In this document: in pieces, positions 26,392 through 40,084 of the stretch
How positions within the stretch are numbered: position 1 is the first letter of the stretch
How the letters are laid out: each line of letters begins with the position of its first letter
NCBI GenBank assembly: GCA_951406725.2
Contig: OX597839.1
Coordinates: 16,988,001 to 17,052,000 of the forward strand
Reading direction: 5' to 3'
Length of the DNA: 64,000 nucleotides
Origin: Octopus vulgaris
Taxonomy: Eukaryota
The notes under the pieces: generated by a model
What the model was told of the DNA's origin: nothing
What the model saw: only the letters and a program-made list of their open reading frames with translations
Database searches by the model: none
Position numbers and translations under genes: made by a program

Positions 26392-28258
26392 TACACGCAG
26401 ACACACACACATGCACGCACAGAAAATAATGGTAGTTTAGAAATTTGCTAATAAAGAAAGGTTGTTCAGAATCCATTTAATTTGAATGGTGTTTGTCAAG
26501 TTGTAGTGTTAAAGTTAACAAGGAGGTTATGTGGTGATGTAAACTGTAACAGAGATGAAGATAACAGAATTGTGGTGATTACATAAAGTTAAAGTGAATT
26601 AGCTTACTTCGTGTGGAGCAATGTTAAGTTCTTGTATATTAGTAAATTGTGTATATGTTTACCATGAGGAAACATGTGCTGTAGAAATGAGATTTGGCAT
26701 AATTGTAAGTAAGATCATCATCATCATCATCGTCATCGTTTAATGTCCGCTTTCCATGCTAGCATGGGTTGGACGATTTTGACCGAGGGTTGGCCAACCA
26801 GATGGCTGCACCAGGCTCCAATCTTGATCTGGCAGAGTTTCTTCAGCTGGATGCCCTTCCTAATGCCAACCACTCTGAGAGTGTAGTGGGTGCTTTTTAC
26901 GTGTTACCGGCACGGGGGCCAGTCAGGCGGTACTGGCAATGACCTTGCTTGAATCTTTTTACACATACCACCGGCACAGGTGCCAGTAAGGCAACGCTGG
27001 TACCGATTACACTCGAATGGTGCCCTTTTACGTGCCACTGGCACGAAATCAGTTAGCCGCTCTGGCCATGATCACGCTCGGATGGTGCTCTTGGCACCCT
27101 ACTAGCATGGGCACAAGTACCAGTAAGGTGACACTGGTAACGATCACACTCGAATGGTGCCTTTTATGTGCCACTGGCAATTACAAAATATTTAGTCTGA
27201 GAAGAAAACTATGGAACTAAAGAATGAAATAATATTGGTTTCAAATTTTGACACAAGGCCAGCAATTTGGGGGAGGAGTTAAATCTATTACATCGACCCC
27301 CGTACTCATCTGGTACTTATTTTATCAACACCGAAAAGATGAAAGGCAAATTCGATCTTGGCAACACTTCAACTCTGGACTTAAAGATGGATGAAATGCC
27401 ACTAAGTATTTTACCTGTCAAGTTGGGGGTGAAAGAGTACAACAGGGGTCGCCACTACCCCATGCCGGAGCTTCGTGGAGCATTTAAGTGTTTTCACTCA
27501 ATAAACACACACAACGCCCGGTCTGGGAATCGAAACCGCGATCCTCCGACTGCGAGTCTGCTGCCTTAACCACTAGGCCATTGTGCTTCTATTATTAATC
27601 TTAGTACAGTTAATGGTTTGGATAATACTTTAAATTCAAAGCTTGCTTAAATTTTACTCTGATGAAAGACTTAATAAAAGACTATACAAATAAGGGTTCA
27701 AATCAACCCTATACTTTAAAAAAAAATGAAGTCCCGCCCCCACCATTAGTGACCGTATATATCCTCCTAATCTTCATGTGACGCTGCATTGTGTTTTTTA
27801 TTATTATAACAAAGCATTTCATATTTGCAGCTTCATGTATAGAATAAAATGCATAATTCACAGTAATCTTTCCAGGTGTAAGAATACATAAAAAAATATT
27901 CACTTCCAGCACGTGGTATAAACATCCACATTCACATACCAGAAATTATATGATCTTTTTTATTTTCAATAGATCATAGCTATAAGCATTCTAACAGAAA
28001 TACAATTATGGTAAACTACTTGTTTAGTAAAAATGTTATTAATCTATTTACAAATTCAATTCTGGAAACCTATCTTCCAACAGAAATTAAGTTCCTTCCC
28101 TCAATTATAACTGTATTAATTTAAGCAGTTGTTTGAAAACTTTAATCTATTGTATTAAAATTCATTAAAACTTCAATTCATTCTTATCAGTATATTCATG
28201 CATATAAAAAGCATGAGGGGAAATCTGTTAATCACATCTGTTTCTAAGAAATAGGATA

Positions 28259-28477
28259 AGAGGGGAGTGCTGAAAAGTCCCTGGCTTTGGGTAAAAGAAA
28301 ATAGAGGAGGATCAGTTAATTATGATTATCTTTAAACATATTCCCCTCCCAGATCCACACACTTATCACAACAGTTCTTCAGTTTTTCTAAGGCCCATAA
28401 AAGAACTCGCAAGGTTGGGCCTCCATCCAGACCTTTCATGATACCTTTAAAGCCAAAAACTTTTCAGCACCTCCTTG
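28259..28477. mobile_element. Mariner-type MITE
   Basis: TA-AGAGGGGAGTGCTGAAAAGTCCCTGGCTTT ... AAAGCCAAAAACTTTTCAGCACCTCCTTG-TA imperfect TIRs. Confidence 0.65.
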
Positions 28478-28479
28478 TA

Positions 28480-28868
28480 TCTCTCTCTATATAAACGGCA
28501 GTTTGTCTGTGCGTGTTTCTGTGTGTCTGTTTTTTTCGTACCCTCACCCTGACCACGGCTTTCAACCGATTCTGATGAAACTTGACACACACATAGCCCA
28601 ATGTCATAATTCAAAACTAACGCAGCGAAAATTTTGAAAAGTTAACCCCAGTTCTGAAAAAAATCGATAAATTCGACATGGGGTCGAGAATCAAAAAAAA
28701 CAAACCACAGACTGTCTAGGGGACGCAACTCAACCTTTTTTTACTCTCAAAAAAAAATTTACCATAATTTTTTTTCCATTTTTTTGCTATTTTTTGGCTA
28801 TAACTCTCTAAAAATGCTTTATAGTTATTTCCCTTACAAACCTGAGCAACGCCGGGCGATACTGCTAG
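28480..28868 (+). mobile_element. Non-autonomous Helitron
   Basis: A|TC...CTAG|T boundaries; subterminal CCTGAGCAACGCCGGG; near-identical inverted copy at 41855-42237. Confidence 0.85.
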
Positions 28869-29061
28869 TGTGATATAAAATACAGTGGTTGATATTTGGT
28901 CATGCCTCTCCCTAAGAATATGGTTGTTTTCATTTCAAATCTATGCTGCAGCCTTTGTGTGAGGGAGAATTTTTCATATTATTCCAAGATGACTGATAAA
29001 AAAGAATGACCTGAAATATTAAGGTACTGCAAACATTCTTTGAGTTTCTTACATCACAATT

Positions 29062-29480
<419 letters not shown>

Positions 29481-29994
29481 ATAAAAATACAAAATGGGAC
29501 AAGAATGTTAAACATCCAGACAGACGATACAGAGAAAACAAGGATGGGTCATTCGGAGTTTTCTTTCATCAGTCGAGTTCCAGATTATCTTTGCAATTTC
29601 GGGTGGTTATACTTGAGATTACTCCAATCTAGCCAACCCCAAGGATAAACTAAGCTAAGAGCATTAGATTCCTTGGAAGAAAGCAGCAAATGTATATGAA
29701 AACAAGGACAGAAAAAAAACGGAGAAAGTTACACAAATACAAATAACAGGACATAACAACAGGTGTCTTTCGACTAAGGATGAATTAAATTAAGCTGGCG
29801 TATGTGGAAGTAAATATATATGAATGTATGTGGCCTATTGGCCTTGTAGTGTCTAAGTGCTTGAAATTACAAACCTACTCTTGAACACATACATATATAT
29901 ACCTACATACAAATATACATACGTACACACATACATACATTCATAAATACATACATACATACATATATATATATGTATATATATGTGTGTGTAT

Positions 29995-30026
<32 letters not shown>

Positions 30027-30183
30027 ACATATATATATGTGTGTGTGTGTGTATATATATATGTGTGTATATGTATATACATATGTATATATGTGTGTGT
30101 GTGTATATATATATATGTGTGTATATGTATATACATATGTATATATGTGTGTGTATATATATACATATATATATATGTGTGTT

Positions 30184-30220
<37 letters not shown>

Positions 30221-31370
30221 TTACATATACACACACACACACAGATGATGGACTTCTTTCAGTTTTTGTCTACCAAATCCACTCACAAGGCTTTGGTTGG
30301 CCCAAGGCTATAATAGAAAACACTTGTCCAAACTGCCTTGCAGTGGGACTGAACCTGGAATCATGTGGTTAGAAAACAAGCTTCTTACCACAAAAACTTT
30401 AAACTAAACATTAACTGCATCATTGTCACCATCCTTAGAGAATTACAAAGGTTATGAAAGGCACCAAAGGTCACCAGATTACTGTAAGAGAGGAGGAGGA
30501 ACTATGCCCATATTTACTAAATGATGTTTTAATCTTGTTAAAGTGTTTTAATTTTGTTTTAAGAACATTTGTGGCAATGCCCTTTAACTTGAATCTTTCT
30601 GAGGTATTTTTCGTTTCAACATTCAATAATCTTATGTTACAATAAAGAAAAATAATAATTAAAGGAAAGAAATACGTTTTGAAATTCAGTATATTCAAAT
30701 ATACAGAGATACACATACACAGTTACAGACACACACACACACAAATACAGGTGTAGGCTCATACATAGATGTGCACACATGCACGTAGACACACAGTCAC
30801 ACACACAAATATGCATGCACTCAAACACATACTTAAGCACACAAACATGCGCACATACATTCATCCATACAAACACACACACACACACACACAAATATGG
30901 ATGTACACACACACACAAAAGCACGCACACACAAACATAAATATGGATACACATACAATTTACCCATATTCACACACACAAAAATATGGATGCACATACA
31001 CACATACACACACTCACACACACAAGACTCCCATCGAATCTTAAATCACCCAACTTGATATTAAACTGTTATTGAAAAAAAGTAAAACAGTAAAATATAC
31101 TTAATATATATACAGATTTAGAATTTCCATCCTTGATATATATGCATATATTAGGCTTTTACAGCTACATGCACACACACACACACACACAGACACATAC
31201 AGACACACACACACACATAAAGAAGCTTGCTTCCCAACCACATGGTTCTGGGTTCAGTTCCACTGGCTGGCAACATAGGGGAGTGTCTTCTACTATAGCC
31301 TTGGGCCGACCAAAGCCTTGTGAGTGGATTTGATAGACAGAAAGTAAAAGAAACCTGTTGTGTATATATA

Positions 31371-32637
31371 TCAGGTCATCCCATAAGTCCTGTCCAATTT
31401 TACCTTTTTTAAATTTGAATGAAATCTAATAGTATTTTAGAATGTCTAATGGAATTAAAAATTATTTTTATGCATTTGTGTACATTTAAACTAATTAAAT
31501 ATTATTTTACAGAATAATAGAATTAAAATTTCTTTGATTAAAACCCTTTCTAACATGTAAGTATCCAAAGAGCATTTGAGGCACATAATGCTTTATGAGT
31601 ACAAAAAAGGAAACTCTGCAGCTGAAGTGACTTGAAACATACACTCAGTTTATGGGAAAGAATGCTTGAATGAAAGAACTTGCAGAAGATGGTTTGCAAA
31701 ATTCAGAAGTGAAGATATCAGCCTTGAAGATGAAGATTGAACAGGATGTCCAGTTGAGTTTGATGATAAGCTCCTTGAGGCATTACTTGAAGAAAATCCT
31801 GCATTATCAGTTGAAGAATTGGCAATAAAGCTTAGATCAAACCATACAACTGTTCATCATCCTCTTCAACAACTTGGAAAGGTTCCTAAACTTGGAAAAT
31901 GGGTGCCTCATGAATTGTCCGAAAGCAACTGCAAATCCCGAATTGACATCTGCTCTTCTCTCTATTCTCACGAACTCATTTCACCTTTTTTGGATAGACT
32001 TGTGACTGGTGATGAAAAATGGATCTTCTATTGAAATGTTAAATGTCGTACACAGTGGTTTGGGAAAAGGGAAAAAGCTCAACTACTACCAAGAAGGGAA
32101 CTTCATGGGAAAAAGGTTCTTCCCTCTATCTGGTGGGATTGCAAAGGAGTAATTCACTTTGAATTGTTATCACCTAATGCACCAATCAATGCTCAAGTCT
32201 ACTGTCAGCAATTAGAGTCTTTGAACCAAGTTTTGAAGAAAAAAAGACCTGCTTTAGTGAATCAAAAAGGAGTAATGTTTCATCAGGACAATGCATGACC
32301 CCACACTGTAAAGATCACATCACAGAAGATCAAAGAGCTTGGTTGGGAAAGAATTCCTCATCCACCTTGCTCCTTCAGACTACCATTTGTTTCGTAGTTT
32401 ACAGAATCATTTGGAGAACATAACTTTTGCAAGCCAGGAGGAGGTCGAAACTGACATTTCAGAGTTCTTCGCTTTGAAACCAAACGAGTTTTACATTGAT
32501 GGGATTAAAAATCTTGTAAATAGATGGAAGGAAGTCATAGATAATCAAGGAAAGTACATTGATGATTAAATTTCAATTTCATTTGATCACTTGTTTTCTT
32601 TATTCAAAATTCGGACAGAACTTATGGGATGACTTGA
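31371..32637 (+). mobile_element. Full-length but decayed mariner transposon
   Basis: TIRs TCAGGTCATCCCATAAGTCCTGTCC / GGACAGAACTTATGGGATGACTTGA, TA on both sides, 1267 bp; splits a family-A SINE (~31220-31370 and ~32640-32830). Confidence 0.95.
31555..32569 (+). pseudogene. Mariner (DD34D-type, Hsmar1/SETMAR-like) transposase pseudogene
   Basis: Motifs HLRHIMLYEYKKG, WFAKFRS, WVPHEL, LVTGDEKWIFY, WWDCKG, HQDNA and LAPSDYHLF; several stops and a frameshifting deletion at YSPD, so the triad spacing cannot be counted exactly. Confidence 0.92.
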
Positions 32638-33049
32638 TACGTATATGTGTCCCATCACTGCTCAACAACTGATGCTGGTGTGTTTACATCCCTGTAACTT
32701 AGTAGTTCGGCAAAAGATACTGATAAAATAAGTACCAGGCTTAAAAAAGAAATGAGTACTGAGGGGTGATTTATTTTATTAAAATTTCTTCAAAGCACTC
32801 TCCCAGTCTAATGACCGAAACAATTAAAAGATATAAGATAAAATATGTAACAGTCTGATTATGTAACCCTGTGCTCTTCAGAGGTAGCTGTTAGGGAACG
32901 TAATGTATATGTATATATAATTGTCACTAAATGTGACTAGGGTTTTAGGGAACACCTACATTGCTAGACATAAGAGCTAAACCATTCTAATGCTGTAGTT
33001 AACTCACATAAATGAAAACATGTGCGTCCGAAAAGTGCTGATCAAGAAT

Positions 33050-33100
33050 TCTTAATACTGACATCAGTTTCAGTAATTTCTGTTGCCTCATCAGTTAAGA
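33050..33100 (-). ncRNA. Minimal type-I hammerhead ribozyme, canonical core
   Basis: Minus strand: TCTTAA-CTGATGA-GGCAA CAGAAA TTACT-GAAA-CTGA TG TCAG-TA-TTAAGA; perfect 6-bp stem I, GUA triplet; lies between direct repeats ~32921-33002 and ~33260-33340. Confidence 0.8.
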
Positions 33101-33495
33101 CTGCTCAATTGTTTGGCTCTTTCTGGACTCACTTTGCCATTAGTATTTCAGTGTTTGTCATCCAAATTTATCAGATGATTTAGCAATTTGCTAATGTGTT
33201 TATATAAAATTAATATAAATAGCACTTTCTAATGTTTCACCAAAAAGGAGAATTATAAATGTCACTAAATGTGACTAGGGTGTTAGGAAACACCTACATT
33301 GCTAGAAATAAGAACTAAACCACTATAATACTGTAGTTAATGGACGATTATGGTCCCTGTTGGTGTCTATGTTTTCAGTGGTTCATCTCTTATTTCTAGC
33401 AATGTAGGTGTTTCCTAACACCATAGTCACATTTAGTGACAATTATAATTCTCCTTTTTTGGTAAAACATTGCAAACTGCTGGTTATATTAATTT

Positions 33496-33534
<39 letters not shown>

Positions 33535-33590
33535 GTAAAATAATATGTGACAATTATTTGGTAGCCAAGATAAAACTCTTACCGTTTTTA

Positions 33591-33652
<62 letters not shown>

Positions 33653-34767
33653 TATACTCTTTTTGTTACTATTATAACCACCATACCCCTACTTTCTCAA
33701 AAAACCTGTTTTCCTTAGTTTTTAAATTTTATATTCCTTTTGGAGTTGAAACTTGAAATCCTTTCTTAGTCATTCTCTGTATTTCTGTTAGCAGTATGGT
33801 TTGGGCAGCTGTGTAAATGGCAGCTGTGTATATCACTGTCACCCAATACTAACACCAATCCCAGTAACTTACTGTTTCCTAGGCCAAGTGATAAATGTCT
33901 AAGATATCTACCAACGTTCATACTTGTGAGTTTTCTTTTATTTGCATTTTCCTTTCTGGTCCTACGTCATCTAATACGTACTTCACTTTAGTTCTTACAT
34001 AGCAACTGGCTCTGAATGCACATGTGCGTATATGTGTGTGTGTGGGGGGTAGGTATATGTGTGAGTGCGTCTTGAAGTTTCACCCACCAGAGTAGGGCAA
34101 GAAGTTTTATGATACTGGAAAGAATTCCTGCCAAATAAAAGAAAAAAGAAACAGAGACATTCTTGGCTATGTAATTGATAATACTGCCAGAACAGGATTG
34201 TAAGGTCAAAGTTGTTACAATCATATATGACTGAATGAATGAATGAATATATATATATATGTATGTATGTATTGTTACTATTTAGTTTTATTTCTAGATT
34301 TCTTGCCAATGGAAAAAGAACTGGTTTCTAACCTAGATCGAAGTCTCTTTCACGAGAGTTTCAACATCAACCATGTTGTTGTGTACGTATGTATATACAT
34401 GTGCAAGGATTTGGAATCGGTGCATGTGAAGATCTGCATGTTTGCTTTTAGCTATATATACACATACATATACTCTCATGCCTAAATACATGCATATGTA
34501 TTTTCATGCTAAACTTTTGCAAAGTTTTACATATTTTGTCAGTCCCATTGATAGCTTGTATCTGTTGTATTCTAATCAGTTTTCTCCTTTATGGGTTTGA
34601 GAACCCTGATTTCTCAAAATTATTCTTGAGGTAGTTTGTTACATATCCCAGTGCTTTAATAGTTACAGGTATAAATCTGAACTTTTAATCCAGACAGGGT
34701 AGTTATGAATTTCTCAATTTACATATGTTTATATATATATACATACATACATATATATATACATATA

Positions 34768-36041
34768 CAGGGTCAGGCAAAATGATCTGACACATTTGTA
34801 AGTTAAATAAAAGGCAAATGAAGTAAAGAAACAAAAAAGTGTTTTTATTTTTGAAAAGTACATATAATGCCATTTTGTTTCATTATGTTTTAAAAATTAA
34901 ATCAGTCAAATGGGATCCATTATTGTCCACGCACTGTCGAAGGCGTTCACGAAAGTTGTCAATAACTCGGCGGGTCATTTCATGTGGAATGGCAGTAATT
35001 TCTTGACGAATTGCATCTTTAAGTTGTTCAATAGATCGAGGGCGATTAATGTATACCTTTGACTTGAGGTATCCCCAGAGAAAAAAATCGCACGGATTTA
35101 AATCAGGTGAACAGGTTGGCCAACCGATGTCATCACGCAATGAGATCAAATGACCAAGGAACATATTCCTCAAAATCCCCATCGCACGTCGAGAAGTGTG
35201 GGCTGTTGCCCCATCCTGTTGAAACCAAACATTGTCCATATCGTGGAGCATATTCAATTTTGGTTTGAGAAAAGTCTCTAGCATCTCACAATATCGATCA
35301 GAGTTCACAGTCACTGTAACGTTATCTTCTTCGAAGAAGTACGGACTCCATATACCGAATTCTGCCACAGCACACCATACAGTCACCCGAGGACAATGCA
35401 AAGGGTGTTCATGCAACTCACGAGGGTTGTTCTCGGCCCAGTATCTGAAGTTTTGCTTATTCACTGTGCCACACAGGTGAAAATGTGCCTCGTCACTGAA
35501 CAACACAACTGCTGCATGGGGGACATGTTGTTGAATTTCCAAACACAATGCTCTGTGAGTTTCAGTGTCTCTTTCGCTGAGTTCTTGTGCCAACATCATT
35601 TTGTATGGATGCATTTGAAGATCATTGTGAAGAATTCTTCGCAAACTTCTTTCAGGAAGTCTAAGAGCCTGGGCGCGTTTAAATGTGGAATGGCGTGGAG
35701 ACTGTTGAACTGAAGCTCTTACCGCTATCACATTTTCTGGAGTTCTGGCGGTGCGAGGTCGGTCGGTTGATTTTCGTTTCAATGCAGATCCAGTAGCTCT
35801 GAAGTTGGTAACCCATAACAAGATCGTGTTTCAAGCTGGTACGGGATCATGTCTACCAAGATTGAAGTGCAAACGGAACGCTCTTTGTGTTGCAGTTACA
35901 GAATCGTTTGTTTTGATAAACGTTTCCACAATGAAAGCGCGATGCTCACCAGTCCAATTCATGGCAGCAACTGAAAAAGAAACGAAAAACAATGCCTTTT
36001 ATTTAACCTACAAATGTGTCAGATCATTTTGCCTGACCCTG
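34768..36041 (-). mobile_element. Tc1/mariner superfamily DD41D (rosa/Visitor-type) transposon, near intact
   Basis: 49-bp TIRs CAGGGTCAGGCAAAATGATCTGACACATTTGTA(A/G)GTTAAATAAAAGGCA with one mismatch; TA on both sides; 1274 bp. Confidence 0.95.
34883..35962 (-). pseudogene. DD41D transposase, 359 codons with one in-frame TGA (codon 44, 35831-35833)
   Basis: ATG at 35962: MNWTGEHRAFIVETFIKTNDSVTATQRAFRLHF...PA*NTIL continues in frame into ORF 34883-35821; triad FSDEAHF / QQDGATAH / SPDLNPCDFFLWG with 41 residues between D2 and D3. Confidence 0.92.
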
Positions 36042-36476
36042 TATATATATATATATAAATTAATAAATAAATAAGACATATGCATATATACATACATATA
36101 TGTACGTACCTACCTCTACATGTGTATATACATGCATATATGGGTACCAAAAAAACGTCGAACACAATGAGAAACGGAAACATAAACACAAAACCAAGGA
36201 AATGGACATTTTTCTTCAAAACAAGGAAAATTCCCCTTCTTCAGTCGCCTTTGTTTCATCTACTCCACGTTTCGAAGGTCAAGGCGATACATGACTTTAA
36301 TGAAACAATCCTTCCCACGAAAATCAAATTAAATAAAATTTGAGATTTTTTTGCAGAGGGGTAAAAATGGTAACAAAAACAGGACAGTAATGAGAGTACA
36401 AAATATAAACAGTAAAAGACAGGACAAGGAGAATAAGAGTAACACAAACAAGCATTGGCACAAAGCAGTGTTTAGG

Positions 36477-37104
36477 TATGAGCAGAATTTAAGGTAGCTG
36501 AAATATGGGTTTGTCACATATTTCAACTGCTAAAAGGCAAATACACGGCAGTTACTGTGGAGAAAAATCTCTCTTATGGTAAAAAGGTGTGAAAAGACCC
36601 AGTTTGTCAGTGTCACCACCTGTCAGGAATCTCAGACATCAATGTTTCAAGTTTTTTCACTCTTGTCAATGTATCTAAGAGAGGAAACCCTGACTGAACT
36701 TAATAAAGCTGTAGCTTTATATATAATTCAGTCAACATGTTGATTGTTTTGCACTAGTAGATCGCCCGATCAAGGTAAATAATGAAGCATTGATGCAAAG
36801 CAGTGTTTAGGTATGAGCTGCAGCTTTATATATAATTCAGTCAACTGAATTATATATAAAGCTACAGCTTTATTGAGTTCGTTCAGAGTTGTCTCTCTTA
36901 GGTACACCTCATTGACAAGAGTCAAAAAACTTGAAACATTGATGTCTGAGATTCCTGACAGATGGTGACACTGAACGAACTGGGTGTTTTCACGCATTTT
37001 TAACATAAGAGAGATTTTTTTTCTCTACGGCTGCAGTGTATTTGCTTTTTAGCAGCTGAAATATGTGACAAACCCATATTTCAACTAGCCTAAATTATGC
37101 TTAT
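36477..37104. repeat. Imperfect fold-back (~255-bp arms) carrying a hammerhead motif in each arm
   Basis: ~36477-36732 is the reverse complement of ~36844-37104. Confidence 0.85.
36908..36950 (+). ncRNA. Type-I hammerhead ribozyme with U3-A8 covariant core
   Basis: CTCA-TTGACAA-GAGT CAAAAA ACTT-GAAA-CATTGATG-TC-TGAG; mirror copy with the same core on the minus strand at ~36631-36669. Confidence 0.7.
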
Positions 37105-37172
37105 ATATATACACATAGATACACATAGATCTATATATGCATGAGTGTGTGTGTGTGTCTATGTGTGAATGA

Positions 37173-37219
<47 letters not shown>

Positions 37220-37245
37220 TGTATACTCATTTTACATATATATGC

Positions 37246-37282
<37 letters not shown>

Positions 37283-37427
37283 CACACATACAAAATATGA
37301 AGGTTTAGTTCACAGGTGATCTAAATGACTAGGTACACTAGGTAAGTGCTGTAACAGATAAATTGGGCTCCAAGGTTAATGCTGAGATGGTAATTATGGA
37401 GCCATTGTAGATTTCCAATATAACAGA

Positions 37428-37670
37428 TATATAATTGTTAAAGAGAACAACAAATGTTAAGACAGGGCAAACATCTCAAGTCATGTTATTATTATTGGAA
37501 AAAAAAATCTCTGTCTGACAGCTGTTTCTGGGATATCCCAGGGTATGTGATATCCCAGAGTATGTGATATCCCAGAAACAGCAGTAAGACTTTGAATTTT
37601 TTTTCCAATATTAATAATGTATATGACTTGAGATGTTTGCCTTGCCTAAATGTCTAGTGTCCTCTTTAAC

Positions 37671-37680
<10 letters not shown>
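37428..37680. repeat. Imperfect fold-back whose centre is the 3' half of a hammerhead
   Basis: GTCTGACAGCTGTTTCTGGGATATC ... GATATCCCAGAAACAGCAGTAAGAC; arms extend ~100 bp each side; same GAAACAGCTGTAAGAC motif as 5129. Confidence 0.7.
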
Positions 37681-37705
<25 letters not shown>

Positions 37706-38469
37706 TTCAAATAAAGGTTACAAACCTCATTAAGGGATAGCAAAATCCTGTGAAAGTACTGGTTAGTTAGCTATACAAAGAATGTTGAACATTTCAGTTA
37801 ATATTCCACTGTAAGGTAATATATATATATATGTGTATATATATATATATATATATACGTACACACACACACAACACCCACACACATACACACATGTATA
37901 TGTATATATATATGCATATACACACACACACATATCTGATGAGAGAGAGTGAGAGAGGATGGGCATAGCTGGAACACCGCTGATAACAGTTTCCTGATTC
38001 AGGATCACTGTCAGAACTGAAAAGAGTTAACACACAAAAAAAAGCACAACTATTACTACTGCTACTACAACTACTACTACCACCACCACTAACACCACTA
38101 ATACAACTACCATAGCCACCACGACCAGCACCACCAACAGCAATACATATCACCAACACCTTTACAAGTACCACCACCATAACCATTACTGCTGTTGCTG
38201 GTGGTGGTGGTGGTGGTGGTGGTGGTTGTATGACTACTACTACTACTACTACTACTGCTGCTGCTGCTGTCTGAAGAATCTTGTAGAATGAAAGCAAAAT
38301 AGCTACTTGTAGATAGATAATGGCACTTTGAAAGCAGAAATTCTCATTAGAAGGATGAGGTGGAGGAGGAGGGGAGGCCGGATGAGGAGGACATGATCAA
38401 AGAAGTTGAAACTTATTGAATATTTTACAAGTTTAAATATTCTTGCTATTTGATATTGTAAAGGAATCA

Positions 38470-39045
38470 AAGATATTCATGGAAGAAACGGGAGAGAGAG
38501 AGAAGGCAAGAGAGAGAGAGAGAGTGAGAGAGTGAAAGAGAGAGAGAGAGAGTGTGAAAGGTGGAGGAAAGGGGGGAGACAGGGAGGGAGAAATAGAGGG
38601 ATGTTCATAAGAGAATTGGAAAAGGCTGAGACATTGAGAGAGAGGTAAAGAGAGAGGAAGAGAAAGAGGAAAAGGGAGAGAGAGACAAAGAGGGAGAGAG
38701 TCTCATAAGTGAATTAGAAAAGGCTTACACACACACACACATATATAGACAGAGAGAGGGAGAAAGAGAGTGGAGAGAGAGGGAGTGAATGAAAGAGAAG
38801 AGACAGTTTGATGAGGCTGAGATATATAGAGGGAAACAGAGAGAGAGAGAGAAGGAAAGAAAGAAAGACTAGAAGAAAGACAGAAAACAAGAAAGAAAGA
38901 GAGGAAAACAAGTAGAAAGAGGAAAAGTGCAAGAGGGAGAAGGAAAGAAAGAGAGAGAGAAGGAATGATAGAGAGGGATTTAAGGTGAGAGAGAAGAAGA
39001 GAAAGAAAGAGAGAGACAGAGAGAGTTGGGGTGAGAGAGAAATTA
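38470..39045. repeat. Polypurine (GA-rich) low-complexity tract
   Basis: Strong purine strand bias; similar tracts at ~48515-49395 and ~56820-57182 (pyrimidine strand). Confidence 0.9.
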
Positions 39046-39440
39046 CCCTTAAAATAAATAAATTAACAAACAAACAAAAATGAATATTTATTCTCCAGAA
39101 GATTCTAATTAATGCCATTTCCAATATCACCAAAGAATCTTTTCAGCTTTAGTTTGTAACAAATTAAAAATTCAGCCTTTATCCTTTCTTAATCTTGTTG
39201 CTTGGGCTTTTTTTTTTGTTTTATTGTTATTGTTTTTATAAGTTCTTGTGATATTTTCTTTCTTTATTCTTTTTTTTTAAATGTATGTTTGAAGAAAAAA
39301 AATTTTGTTGTTGTTTAAAATATTTTTTTCCGTTGGATTTTTTTTTCGTTTTTGTTTTTAGTTTTCTTTTTAATCTTTATTTGTTTGTAAGTTAATAAGA
39401 TAAGTTTGTCTTTTGACTTTTAGAAGTTTCAAAAGCTATG

Positions 39441-39472
<32 letters not shown>

Positions 39473-39718
39473 TGTATGTATGTATGTATGTATGTATGTA
39501 TGTATGTATGCATGTATGTATGCATGTAGGTATGTATGTATATATCCATGCATGCATGTATGATTTTATATATGTATGTATGTGTGTATGTATGTATGTA
39601 TGTATGTTTGTATATATGTGTGTGTATGCATGTATGTATATATATATTGTATGTATTATAGTATATCATGGTAAAGTGAAGTGTAGTCCATGTTAGAATT
39701 TTACTGCTTAAATGTATG

Positions 39719-39869
<151 letters not shown>

Positions 39870-40084
39870 GTGTATATATAAGTATATATATATATGTTTG
39901 TATGTATATATATATGTATACATACACACACATAATGTGCATATATGTATCCATACATTCATAAATACAGATATGCACACATACACACACACTCATGCAC
40001 ACACACATGCATATTCATACACGCACACACACATATATATAAAGAGAGAGAGAAAGTGAGAGAGAGAGAGAAAGATTATACAGA

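Noticed and set aside
27655-27700. CTGATGAAAGAC on the plus strand
   Set aside because: No downstream GAAA or UH with paired stems.
29545-29580. CTGATGA-AA-GAAA on the minus strand (similar weak motifs at ~36225-36250, ~34325-34360 and ~61975-62016)
   Set aside because: I could not assign stems I and III plus a UH site convincingly; they may be decayed hammerheads, but support is insufficient.
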